From positions 2,432,001 to 2,496,000 of the forward strand of contig OY820905.2 in assembly GCA_963555755.3 (NCBI GenBank): DNA of 64,000 nucleotides. The letters run 5' to 3'. Positions 1 through 8,982 of this stretch are shown here, one piece after another; within the stretch, counting starts at the first letter, position 1; every line of letters begins with the position of its first letter. Source of the DNA: Nitrospirales bacterium. Lineage in GTDB: Bacteria; Nitrospirota; Nitrospiria; Nitrospirales; UBA8639. The notes under the pieces were generated by a model. The model was not told where the DNA came from and ran no database searches. It saw nothing but the letters and a program-made list of their open reading frames with translations. Position numbers and translations under genes: made by a program.

Positions 1-56
1 TGGTAGAATTGACCACATACCCATAATGAATTATTAAATAAGATTGCCCCCTTTAT

Positions 57-1044
57 CCTGCATACCGGCTTAACTCCAGTTGCTACTAGATTTTGTGGGT
101 CCTCTGAATTTTTTGGAGCGGAGCCGGGTCGACTGCGATAGCATTTTCCAGGAGTCGATGAAACAAGAGGCCCCGAGAGCGCGAGGTCCGACGATTGAAT
201 CGAAAGATAAATTCATTCAGGTAGGCGTCGAGGTACTTATGATCAAGGCGTCCCTGGTATGTGCCCAGTAGCCAACGTTTCACCAGCGAAATGGCACGGT
301 GGACTCGTGGCAACAGGTTGTCCGCGTCTGGGTCGTGATTTCCCCCAACATCGGACGTTCGCATTGGTTTGTGCCCATACCCTTCGTCTGCCAGACAGCA
401 ATAACTTGTGAGTCCGTCGGTTATAATCGTACTGCCAGGCTCAACATGCTGCTGAACGAAATTCTTGACATCCGCGCTCGTCCGGCCCTTAAGCGTTTGC
501 ATTCGCATTCGCCCACTTCCTTTGTCTTTGATTTCCACGGCAACGCCAACAAGTTGCTTGTTTCCTTCTCCACCCAAATAGGCTTCAGCCACTTCAACTG
601 GCCCGGCAAGACGGTTGCGGGAGGGGCGAACCATCGCAACCCGTAATTTATGAAGCATGAGCCACGCAGGCTCGTGACCGCTCATCCCTAACACCCGTTG
701 CAACGTTTGAGCACTCGCGCCATTTTTCTGGCTTGTAAACCACCAGATTGCCTGAAACCAAATGCGCAACGGGATACGAGAATCTTGAAAAATCGTTCCG
801 GCCAAGGGTGACTGCTGATATTGACAGCTGGAGCACATCGACAACCCTCGCTTGGTTTTCCACCTCTTTTGATTCCCACATTTCACACAGGTATACCCGT
901 CTGGCCATCGAAGCTTCTCAATATGGGTGCGACAGGCCTCCTCAGTAAAAAAACGGGTCATCAGCTCGGACATGTCCTTGGGGTAACTCACCATGTCGCA
1001 AAACACTACATAGTGGGACAACTGGAGTCAAGCCGGTATGCAGG
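57..1044 (-). mobile_element. IS1595-family insertion sequence, 988 bp
   Basis: 26-bp terminal IRs cctgcataccggcttaactccagttg (57-82) and caactggagtcaagccggtatgcagg (1019-1044), 1 mismatch; 8-bp TSD ccctttat at 49-56 and 1045-1052; transposase inside. Confidence 0.95.
86..994 (-). CDS. IS1595-family transposase; first catalytic Asp appears replaced by Ala
   Basis: Zn ribbon (CVKC...CSSC), RWPDG, TDG, YLNEFIFRFNRR; VEVAEAY where the family has VEVDE; start uncertain (ORF track 1021). Confidence 0.92.
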   Translation of the reverse strand: MVSYPKDMSELMTRFFTEEACRTHIEKLRWPDGYTCVKCGNQKRWKTKRGLSMCSSCQYQQSPLAGTIFQDSRIPLRIWFQAIWWFTSQKNGASAQTLQRVLGMSGHEPAWLMLHKLRVAMVRPSRNRLAGPVEVAEAYLGGEGNKQLVGVAVEIKDKGSGRMRMQTLKGRTSADVKNFVQQHVEPGSTIITDGLTSYCCLADEGYGHKPMRTSDVGGNHDPDADNLLPRVHRAISLVKRWLLGTYQGRLDHKYLDAYLNEFIFRFNRRTSRSRGLLFHRLLENAIAVDPAPLQKIQRTHKI

Positions 1045-1433
1045 CCCTTTATGTGTAGCTTTCCCACATACGGCTTTCCGACATCTTTCATCGCCTGGCA
1101 TGCACAGGGGGCCGGTTCCACAGAGCAGACATGGAACCGAAAAAACCCATACCGCTCCTTGAGAAGCTGGTCAGGGTACGCCGTGTACCCCGCTCCTTTG
1201 ACCACTTTTTCACGGTGATTGCCAACACCCTTTTCCGCCTGGACTTGTTAACCCGGGCTCCACCACAAGATTTTATGCGCGAGGGTTTCGGCCCAACGCC
1301 TCCAAGCGCACCGTGTGAATCGGATTCCGGAAGACCGGTTAAAGGCAGACCTCTCTCCAAAGCCATATTGCCAACCCAACACCTATCCCCCCGACTGCTG
1401 GCTGGTGCAATTGACACCCCACTGCCTTAAAAC

Positions 1434-1490
1434 GGAACGTTTTTCTTTAAATGCGGGGTTTCGCCCCCGCATTTCAAAAAAATTGTTCCA
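1434..1490. terminator. Long hairpin, possible bidirectional terminator or REP-like element
   Basis: aaatgcgggg-loop-ccccgcattt stem, extended imperfectly by T/A tracts. Confidence 0.45.
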
Positions 1491-1574
1491 TTAAAATATG
1501 AACAGCTCATAGCGAGGAATTAACTCCACGCAAAAAAATGGGGGAAGCTTATTTCATCATATGTAAATACTACA

Positions 1575-1715
1575 GGGCACCTCTAAAAACCGTCCTTTTC
1601 CGTGATGGCGGCGTCAGCCGCGTGCTCAAATCCTCATGTATTCGCCCATACACTCCAGTTTTCCGCGCGTGGCTTCCTTGCCCTCACAAAAAATGCCGGG
1701 TTTTTAGAGGTACCC
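1575..1715. mobile_element. MITE, 141 bp, IS5-like ends
   Basis: IRs gggcacctctaaaaacc (1575-1591) / ggtttttagaggtaccc (1699-1715); 4-bp TSD taca on both sides. Confidence 0.8.
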
Positions 1716-1888
1716 TACATTCCATCAGTCTCATTCTGGGTCAGTTCCCATATTCCTATATTTCCACATGGTTTGAATGTTTAGTACGTTTTATGCGTTG
1801 GGCGCGGCTGGGCTGTTACCCCGAAATCGGCCCATATGGCGACCATTGTTTGAGCCCTTCGACACATTTGGCTTTAAGTTTTCTTAAA

Positions 1889-2216
1889 CCTAGAAACGGC
1901 AGTTGGGCGCAAAAAAGACGTGTAAGATATTGGTGTGCATGGTGAAATAAAAAAAGTCGTGGTCACCTCGGTGGTGATGAGATATTTTTTTATTTTGCGA
2001 GGTGCCTGTCCAAGATTAGCGATCGTAACGAGGGGGTGCTGGTTTGAGTCAGATGTTTCGATCCTTTGAGGCGAATAGTGGGACTATTCAACGAAAAGAA
2101 TCGGAAGATCTGGCCAAATCCAGCACCCCCGCAGTAGATCAGTCTAATCTTGGACAGGCTCCTAGGTTGCGCCAAGAGCTTGCGCGGACTTTTGTGATCC
2201 AACTGCCGTTTCTAGG
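1889..2216. mobile_element. MITE family B, copy 1, carrying a nested MITE
   Basis: IRs cctagaaacggcagttgg / ccaactgccgtttctagg; ttaaa direct repeat on both flanks; shorter homolog at 36497-36657. Confidence 0.85.
2001..2162. mobile_element. MITE family C nested in family B
   Basis: IRs ggtgcctgtccaagattag / ctaatcttggacaggctcc (18/19); absent from the 36497 copy; right end recurs at about 5594-5658. Confidence 0.8.
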
Positions 2217-2325
2217 TTAAAGCGAGTTAGCCCTTATTTTTCAGTACGGGCGGCGAGAGGGAGTTTTAGCGAATCCAGTGCGATAATTTGGCAAGGCAGA
2301 TTTGGGTTAAACCCAGAGAAGCGAA

Positions 2326-3819
2326 TTACCGCTGGCTATACCAACGGAAGCCGGCGGATTCTTGGTAGGCTGGGCGTTGGAATCCTCCGGGTTTTTCTAG
2401 GATTAAGGCTTTGAAATCCCACAAGCCAAACCAGGCTGGATCGAGCACGTTGTGGTAGTGGAGTCCTGTGAACTTTGGTAGGGCATCACCCAATGACTGT
2501 TGGAGTTCCGATTCTGTGTAAGCTCGAACCCCGAAGGTCTTTCCTTCGGCTTCTTGCAATCGCCGAATCGCATAGGTCGCTCCCGTACAGAGCACTTGAG
2601 TGTCGCGTTGGATGGATAGTAATTGCGGCAGGGTGCAGTATTGTTCGCGAAAGCCTAGCCATCGGGCGGTATGTCTCAAATGCGTGTACTGCACTTCATA
2701 CTCGGTATGGCCGGGAAGCCGCACCGGGTCAGGCCACCCGGAATCAATGCCAAATTCAACGAGCAAGGCTCGACCACCGGGTTTTAATACCCGCCATAAT
2801 TCCATGATAAATTGAATGGCCCCATAGTTGAAAATCGCTTCATCAGGATATGGGGTATCCACATTCAATCGGAGCTGTTGAATCAAATCCAAACTGCGTT
2901 GATGTTCCTCGGTCGCACCTTTCCCGGACTCCAATTCTTCTTTGGTGAGATGGGTCGGAGTCATGTCGGCCAAATTTTCATTGTCGATGACGAGGTCAAC
3001 GCTTGCATCAGCCAATGGCAAATATTCGGCATTGGCGTTGAGTGCACGGGCGTTCCAGCCGGCTTTTGTGGCTAGATCAAGTTGAGAATGGAGAAATGGA
3101 CGGGTCAAATCTAGGAAAATGTATTCAACGCCTCGTCGTTCCGAAGACGAGAGTTCCTTGGCCATTTCCTGTGACACGTAGCCCAACCCAGCGCCGACCT
3201 CGACAATCCGGCCAGGTTTGGGATTCCACCACCCGAGTTGCCGCAATGTCTTCGCGAGCAGCTGCCCATAGGATAAGCCGTTCAAGGCTTCGCAGGGCTC
3301 GCGGAATAAATGCGAGACCGTGGTTTCGACGATTTCAAAATGTCCGTGGTGACTTTGGATGCCTTTGTGATGAAATTCCGTGAGGTGTTCATCGCTTTCC
3401 ACGGCCACATTCTCATGCCATTGCTCACGCACCTTTTGGAGCAACAAATCCCATTTGGCATTCACGCTGTGCCCGCTCGGCGCTTCATCGCCGAAATAAC
3501 ACAGGGAATAGCGGGGCGATGCCCATCGCTCTAAAAACCATCGGCCTGTTTCTTGATTGGGACCGCACACCCATTTCCCGAATTGATCCAAGAGCGTTTG
3601 GATGGATAACCGGCCATCCATAGCTCCTAGCAGAGAGGCACCCATGCGGTTTAACTTGACGAGGGGCAGGTCTTCATCCAGAGGAGCGACCCACCATTCT
3701 TCAGGGCCGGATTGATAGACGATCAAGTCGGGCATGCGCCAGGCCCGTTGCTGAAGGACATCACCTTCAAGGGCTTGAGGCTGGACACCAGAGTGAGAGG
3801 CGGTAGAAAGATCCGGCAT
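2326..3819 (-). CDS. Class I SAM-dependent methyltransferase with N-terminal PqqD/RRE-like domain
   Basis: VEVGAGLG motif I, NAEYLP..DASVDLV, LWRVLKPGG; N-terminal LNRMGASLLGAMDGRLSIQTL resembles the PqqD helix motif. Confidence 0.8.
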   Translation of the reverse strand: MPDLSTASHSGVQPQALEGDVLQQRAWRMPDLIVYQSGPEEWWVAPLDEDLPLVKLNRMGASLLGAMDGRLSIQTLLDQFGKWVCGPNQETGRWFLERWASPRYSLCYFGDEAPSGHSVNAKWDLLLQKVREQWHENVAVESDEHLTEFHHKGIQSHHGHFEIVETTVSHLFREPCEALNGLSYGQLLAKTLRQLGWWNPKPGRIVEVGAGLGYVSQEMAKELSSSERRGVEYIFLDLTRPFLHSQLDLATKAGWNARALNANAEYLPLADASVDLVIDNENLADMTPTHLTKEELESGKGATEEHQRSLDLIQQLRLNVDTPYPDEAIFNYGAIQFIMELWRVLKPGGRALLVEFGIDSGWPDPVRLPGHTEYEVQYTHLRHTARWLGFREQYCTLPQLLSIQRDTQVLCTGATYAIRRLQEAEGKTFGVRAYTESELQQSLGDALPKFTGLHYHNVLDPAWFGLWDFKALILEKPGGFQRPAYQESAGFRWYSQR

Positions 3820-4542
3820 TCAATTGAAGGCAGCGGAAGGATTGGCATCAAAGACAGCACGGTACATGCCATCCCAAAATTCGAGCCACGCGTCAGCGAC
3901 TTCACGAGCGCCACCGGCTACTTCAAACAAATCTTCATCAGACTTTGCGGTTTTGCGAACCGCGTCGATGAGCCACTGACCATGCACTTCTTCTTCAGCC
4001 ACATGTAGTTCAAAAAATGCGAGGTCCCGTCGATTAAATTGGCCATATTGTTGAAGGCCCGTGAAAAAATATTGGAACTCGGATACGGCGGTGGTCTCGA
4101 CCGCCAACTCCGCACCTAATGCCGTGAGATGGCTTGACCGCAAGAAAAGCCGGCGAAGAGTATCCAAATACATCGTGACTTCAGGAATGGGCTCAGTATC
4201 CTCCAGGTCTTTTGGAGTTAAGCCAATCGAATAGGCAAATCGTTCTAACTGTCGAATGTGGACATGTTCTGGAGACCCGCTGCCTAATTCCGAGTACAGC
4301 GTTTTGGCTAATTCGGTTCGCATGGCCACTTCCTGTATCGGAGTGTGATACAGCAAGCCCTCAAGAACCTTCACGAATTGGAAACAGAAGTAGTGGTATT
4401 GTCGAATAAAGACACGAAGCTGGCGAGGATTCAGTTGCCGTACTTTAAAAGCACAAAAAAACTCGTTGGAATTCACTGGATGGGTTTGTAATTCGTCAAT
4501 CAGTGATTCAACATCGACTGGTAAATCTTGAACCGGACCCAT
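3820..4542 (-). CDS. Heme-oxygenase-like diiron (CADD/PqqC/TenA-fold) redox enzyme
   Basis: QYHYF..F, ELGSGSPEHVH, ELAVE, FFELHVAEEEVHG, FWDG motifs. Confidence 0.85.
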   Translation of the reverse strand: MGPVQDLPVDVESLIDELQTHPVNSNEFFCAFKVRQLNPRQLRVFIRQYHYFCFQFVKVLEGLLYHTPIQEVAMRTELAKTLYSELGSGSPEHVHIRQLERFAYSIGLTPKDLEDTEPIPEVTMYLDTLRRLFLRSSHLTALGAELAVETTAVSEFQYFFTGLQQYGQFNRRDLAFFELHVAEEEVHGQWLIDAVRKTAKSDEDLFEVAGGAREVADAWLEFWDGMYRAVFDANPSAAFN

Positions 4543-4669
4543 AACGCAACCCCCTACATCACAGAATAAAATATCTAATTCTGAATGAATGAATCTGAAC
4601 CAAGATTACACGAAGGTTTTTGCCGGTCGCAAGGGAGGAAGGCTACGTAAGTGGACGTATGGTGAGGCG

Positions 4670-4696
4670 GGGTTAGGGTTAGGGTTAGGGTTAGGG
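4670..4696 (+). repeat. (GGGTTA)4GGG tandem repeat
   Basis: Read directly; five G-tracts, overlapping the stop codon of the 4691-5356 gene. Confidence 0.95.
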
Positions 4697-5356
4697 CTTT
4701 TGGGCCAAAATGCTGGCATACACTGCTTGTCCATCATCCCGCATTTGATACTGCAAAACGGTTAGGTCTTTGAAATGATGGAGAAGCTCATTGGGTTCCA
4801 AGAGGAATTGGCGGGAAAAGCGAGAACGATATTTCAGATGACCCAAAGTATAGGTTTCTACAATCACTATCCCGCCAGGTTTCAAGGCCTTGATCATTTG
4901 TGGAAACAGGTTTCGCTGCAGGTAATAGGTGCAAATAATGACATCGTACGTTTCAGGCGATAATTGATACTGTTCGAGATCAACGACCTTTGTTTCGATG
5001 GAGACCCCTTGTTCCTTGGCAAGGATGTCGGCTTTCTTCAACCCGGTCTCTGAAATATCGATTCCGGTGACCTGAAATCCTTTCGTGGCGAGAAATACTC
5101 CATTCCGGCCCTCACCCATGGCAATATCCAAGGTTTTGCCCTTGGGCAAAAGATGAAGATGTTCCTGGAGAAACGGGATCGGCGTTTTTCCAAAAATATA
5201 CCGCTCGGTATCATACTTGCGATTCCAGCGTGTTTTGTCATTGGTCGCAGCGTCTCCTACAGAGACGGTAAGAAATGCGAATGCTGTCGTGAGAAAAAGG
5301 ACCGCGACCGTTCGAGAAACCAAGATCTGCCGATTATACAATCTGGCAAGAGCCAT
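4691..5356 (-). CDS. TehB-like class I SAM methyltransferase with N-terminal signal peptide or TM
   Basis: WNRKY, LDIAMGEGRN, VTGIDIS, LKPGG; hydrophobic N-terminus. Confidence 0.85.
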   Translation of the reverse strand: MALARLYNRQILVSRTVAVLFLTTAFAFLTVSVGDAATNDKTRWNRKYDTERYIFGKTPIPFLQEHLHLLPKGKTLDIAMGEGRNGVFLATKGFQVTGIDISETGLKKADILAKEQGVSIETKVVDLEQYQLSPETYDVIICTYYLQRNLFPQMIKALKPGGIVIVETYTLGHLKYRSRFSRQFLLEPNELLHHFKDLTVLQYQMRDDGQAVYASILAQKP

Positions 5357-5370
5357 AAATTATACCTCTT

Positions 5371-5584
5371 GGGACTGTTGAATATCTCACTTCAATGACC
5401 AATAAAGGCCCATGATAGGACGGACACCGTCAGTTGGAGGGAATGTTCAAAAAAGCATGCCCTGAGTCTTGCCGAAGGGTCTATCCAGCAAGGCCGCAGC
5501 CCTTTTGACGCGCGGAGCGTACTCTCAGTACGTGAGCACGGCAAAAGGGCGAGAACGCCGCTGGCGGCCTTTTTCAACATTCCC
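5371..5584. mobile_element. MITE family A, copy 1
   Basis: Ends gggactgttgaa...ttcaacattccc; homologous to 28423, 30159 and 31255; no TSD here. Confidence 0.85.
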
Positions 5585-5593
5585 TGAAAAGGA

Positions 5594-5658
5594 TCGGAAG
5601 ATCTGACCAAATCCAGCCCACCCGCAGTAGATCAGTCTAATCTTGGACAGGCTCCTAG
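5594..5658. repeat. Partial MITE family C (right end)
   Basis: Near-identical to about 2101-2165. Confidence 0.8.
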
Positions 5659-5800
5659 TCAATCATAGCCGCCTCTTGCCCCTTTCTTCAACCTTGTAGG
5701 CAGTTTTCCGATTCGCTATTCTTTCCATAGGACTTCAATCCATTTGGGCTTTGGGGCCAACCCGACTGGGCGTTACGGCTTCGAACAGAAAGAAAAACTG

Positions 5801-6682
5801 ATGCGAGTGCTATTGGCCGTTGATGGGTCATCACATTCTCAACACGCCACAGAGGCAGTCGGCCAACTCTCGTCGGTCAAGGGCCTCACTGTGGTGCATG
5901 TGGTAAACCTGCCGAGACTTGCGTATCCGGCACTCGGGCCTGACATTGCCCAAGACCTTGCGATGACCATTGAACAGGCCATGCGGGAAGAAGGGGAGCA
6001 CATCCTGAAGCGTGCCATGTCTCATCTGTCATACCACAACGCTCCGGTCTCTAAACGATTGGAAATGGGCTCCCCAGCAGATTGTATCCTCGCCATTGCC
6101 GAGGAAGAACGCACCGATCTCGTTTTGATTGGGGCTCGGGGTTTAGGTCAGGTTCAAGGACTCAACTTCGGCAGTGTCTCACATCGGGTGTTGACGCATG
6201 CGCCCTGTTCGGTGTGCGTCGTGAAGTCTCCCCTTACGAAATTGCACGAAATTCTTCTTCCACTCCAGGGGGAGAGCGATGAACGGACTGCGACACAGTT
6301 CTTTGCCAAACATCCCTTCAGTGGCACTACGGAAATTACGGTTTTTAATGTGGTCCCCATTCCACGCTCCATCTTTCGCGCCGGTGTCTCGGCTTCAGAA
6401 ACCAAGATTCAACAGGCCCTGGAAAGTGCGGAAGCCTTTACTGATCATGTTGTGGTGGGATTGAAAGAGCTCCACTATTCAACCATCGGAAGGGTGGGAA
6501 TGGGTTCCCCGGGGGAAACCATTTTAGAACAGGAAGCCACCTCCAACCCAGACTTAATTGTCATGGGAACGCATAACCCCTCCACTCTCTCCCGGTTTGT
6601 CATGGGAAGCGTTTCCCATACCGTGCTGCATCGCTCCACCCATTCCGTGTTGCTCATTCGCCCAACCGGCAAGGAAAAATAA
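5801..6682 (+). CDS. Universal stress protein with tandem USP domains
   Basis: VLLAVDGS, GARG...GSVSHRVL, second GTH...GSVSHTVL. Confidence 0.92.
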   Translation: MRVLLAVDGSSHSQHATEAVGQLSSVKGLTVVHVVNLPRLAYPALGPDIAQDLAMTIEQAMREEGEHILKRAMSHLSYHNAPVSKRLEMGSPADCILAIAEEERTDLVLIGARGLGQVQGLNFGSVSHRVLTHAPCSVCVVKSPLTKLHEILLPLQGESDERTATQFFAKHPFSGTTEITVFNVVPIPRSIFRAGVSASETKIQQALESAEAFTDHVVVGLKELHYSTIGRVGMGSPGETILEQEATSNPDLIVMGTHNPSTLSRFVMGSVSHTVLHRSTHSVLLIRPTGKEK

Positions 6683-6692
6683 CCTAGGCTAA

Positions 6693-7379
6693 TTGAGGCT
6701 TGAACCAATGTCAGCATTCGGCCTCTCAACTTTGCATTCTCCAAATTCCTTCTCACGTTGCATTGTTATCATGTGGGGATTATTGGGATCCCTGTCAGGT
6801 TGCTTGGGGGTTCCTCAAGTCGAGACACCAATCCATCAAAGCCCTCAAGGTCAGGTTATCCTCAAAACATTCACTGACACCTCGGTAAAAGCATCTCATC
6901 CAACCGTCATCGACTTGGAGCTCTTACAAGAAACATTTCGTGGGCTTCGTGTCCTGGAACACAAGGAATTACTGGCTGCTCTTGTAAGCGGTGAGGGCCA
7001 GGAACTAGCAGTCTTTACCGAACAGGAACTCCAGTTTTTAGCTCCTTTCATCATGGATGCCCTTACGCAGGCCACTCCTGAGGAATTTGTATGGTTTCAA
7101 CTCACGAATCAGAAACAACCGAGACCCTCATCCACGAGTGGCGCCATGTACTTTTCCAATAACCTTCTACGACTTGGCTTGAATGAGTTTCACGCGGATC
7201 GTCGTCACGCCAAGTTATCCTCAACACCAAGTTTTTCTCCAACACGATTACGGAATTGGTCACTGGGATTTTTTCCGGCCGATGCCAACCGCCAAGACCG
7301 TAGTGCCCCCGATACATTTCCACTACAAGCCCAAATTGGCTCAGTGGCCATTGCGCTGCATGCTCTCCACATACAATGA
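6693..7379 (+). CDS. Putative lipoprotein, paralog of 24574-25251
   Basis: LSGC lipobox; shared SHP...RGL.V...VF...E..F.AP....L.QATPEE; start uncertain. Confidence 0.6.
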   Translation: MRLEPMSAFGLSTLHSPNSFSRCIVIMWGLLGSLSGCLGVPQVETPIHQSPQGQVILKTFTDTSVKASHPTVIDLELLQETFRGLRVLEHKELLAALVSGEGQELAVFTEQELQFLAPFIMDALTQATPEEFVWFQLTNQKQPRPSSTSGAMYFSNNLLRLGLNEFHADRRHAKLSSTPSFSPTRLRNWSLGFFPADANRQDRSAPDTFPLQAQIGSVAIALHALHIQ

Positions 7380-8318
7380 TTATCGAGAGAGTATCCCTTT
7401 TAGCGAACGACTCTTTTGTGCACACCACTGGACAATACTGACCAGACCAAGCAACACGCAGCCCAGCAGGACATCAGTCGGTCCGGTTGGCCAATCAAAT
7501 TGATACGACACAAGAAACCCGCTAAAAGCCATCACCATCCCAATTCCTGCTGCAAGAACGGGAGCAATCCAAATCCCGATTTTCACTCGCATGGCAATCA
7601 TGGGTGGAAGCAACAAGAATCCAAACGTCACCAACGGACCAACGATGAGCACACCCAATGAAATCGTCATCCCGACAATTCCATAGAGCACGAGATCCCA
7701 GACCCACACTTGCTTTCCAAGAGAAATCGCCAAATCCCGATCAACCGAGACAAGGAGAAGCTCTTTTCTAAACAACCACAATAGAACAACGGTCGCACTC
7801 AAACATACTACCAGCAGAAAGAGATCAGCATCAGAAATGGCTATAATTTGTCCTTTGAATACACTGAGTACTCCAACTTCCGGTATCCGATCCGATGCGA
7901 GAAGCAGGGTCGTCAGAGCACCAGCCAACACATAAAAAACACCAATTCTCCCCTCGACAACCCCTCGGCCATGTCGTTCCAGAGCTGCTAAAAAAATCAT
8001 TGTCCCAGTTGTGAGAATTGTGGATCCTATAAGAGCAAGCCCAAAATCACTATGATTCGTGTCGGGATGAAATGTCGCATGCCAAAAGATAGCCATCGCG
8101 ATACCGGTCGCGGAGAGAGTTGGCAACGTCACTCCAAGAAAGACCATTCGTCGAACGTACATGAGGCCACCGACGATTGGCAGAATCATTCCACAAAGGA
8201 TTCCTCCGTACAATGCATTTCGCAACACGTAGGAAGGGTCAAGAATTTGAAGAAGTTCACTCAAGGAAAGCCTCTTGGTGACTCTGACCAGTACTTCCCT
8301 TAGCGCGAACAGGGTCAA
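7380..8318 (-). CDS. Metal ABC transporter permease (ZnuB/MntB-like)
   Basis: Multi-TM, RRMVFLG, KELLLVSVDRDLA, PTGPT; real start probably further downstream. Confidence 0.9.
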   Translation of the reverse strand: MTLFALREVLVRVTKRLSLSELLQILDPSYVLRNALYGGILCGMILPIVGGLMYVRRMVFLGVTLPTLSATGIAMAIFWHATFHPDTNHSDFGLALIGSTILTTGTMIFLAALERHGRGVVEGRIGVFYVLAGALTTLLLASDRIPEVGVLSVFKGQIIAISDADLFLLVVCLSATVVLLWLFRKELLLVSVDRDLAISLGKQVWVWDLVLYGIVGMTISLGVLIVGPLVTFGFLLLPPMIAMRVKIGIWIAPVLAAGIGMVMAFSGFLVSYQFDWPTGPTDVLLGCVLLGLVSIVQWCAQKSRSLKGILSR

Positions 8319-8976
8319 ACTCCTGTTTTCTCACCATGTCATTTTCGATGACCAGTGTCTCACGTAGGACTCCGCCCAACGTCGGAAGGGCATGGTCGGC
8401 CCATAGCAGAGTAAGATTGGCGTCTGCCTGAAGTTTTGTAAATAATGCGAGCATGGTTTGAATGGATTGTTGGTCAAGACTGGCGAGTGGCTCATCTAAG
8501 AGCAACATGTCCGGATCAGATGCCAGCGCGCGAGCAATCAGCACTCGCTGTTGTTGCCCGCCAGACAAAAATGAGAAGGGTTCATCGCGAAGATCAAACA
8601 CATCGACTTCCCTCATACTCCACTCCACACGATTCCGTTCCTTTTGACCTAGGCCTTGCCAGGGGCGGAGTGTGCCATACGTGCCCATCTCCACCACCTC
8701 GCATGCCTTCAATTGAAACAATCCATTTAACATTGCACGCTGTGGAATATATCCAACTTTCACCGGTGTGCCATCGGGTTGGACACTGAGACGCATGGTT
8801 CCTTCTAAGAGAGGAAGAATCCCAGCCAAGGTTTTCAAAAAAGTCGTCTTCCCCGAACCATTTGATCCTAACAGGGCAATGGATGCACCGGGTTGAATCT
8901 CCAGGGAGATATTGCGAAGCACCGCCTTATCCGCGTAACCCACGCTAGCGTGTTGTAAGGTGAGAAGTGCGGACAT
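8257..8976 (-). CDS. Metal ABC transporter ATP-binding protein (ZnuC-like)
   Basis: [27 protein letters not shown]. Confidence 0.93.
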   Translation of the reverse strand: MSALLTLQHASVGYADKAVLRNISLEIQPGASIALLGSNGSGKTTFLKTLAGILPLLEGTMRLSVQPDGTPVKVGYIPQRAMLNGLFQLKACEVVEMGTYGTLRPWQGLGQKERNRVEWSMREVDVFDLRDEPFSFLSGGQQQRVLIARALASDPDMLLLDEPLASLDQQSIQTMLALFTKLQADANLTLLWADHALPTLGGVLRETLVIENDMVRKQEFDPVRAKGSTGQSHQEAFLE

Positions 8977-8982
8977 GATTGA

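Larger units (their letters stand above)
1..1311 (-). mobile_element. Internally deleted group II intron remnant interrupted by the IS1595
   Basis: Minus strand: GTGCG at 1311, maturase C-terminus-like peptide (KGAGYTAYPDQLLKERYG...HARR*), domain V-like TCGGAAAGCCGTATGTGGGAAAGCTACAC, then after IS removal AAGGGGG...TTCTACCA at the window edge. Confidence 0.6.

Noticed and set aside
3820..4542. PqqC of PQQ biosynthesis
   Set aside because: No pqqA/B/E nearby, and the motifs fit the diiron CADD/HDO type better
4670..4696. Eukaryotic telomere contamination
   Set aside because: Only 27 bp, and continuous with the last codons of a bacterial CDS
5392..5610. Short [13 protein letters not shown]s (also 28339-28656 and 30170-30400) as a peptide or RiPP precursor family
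   Set aside because: They are reading frames of MITE family A, which has IRs and TSDs
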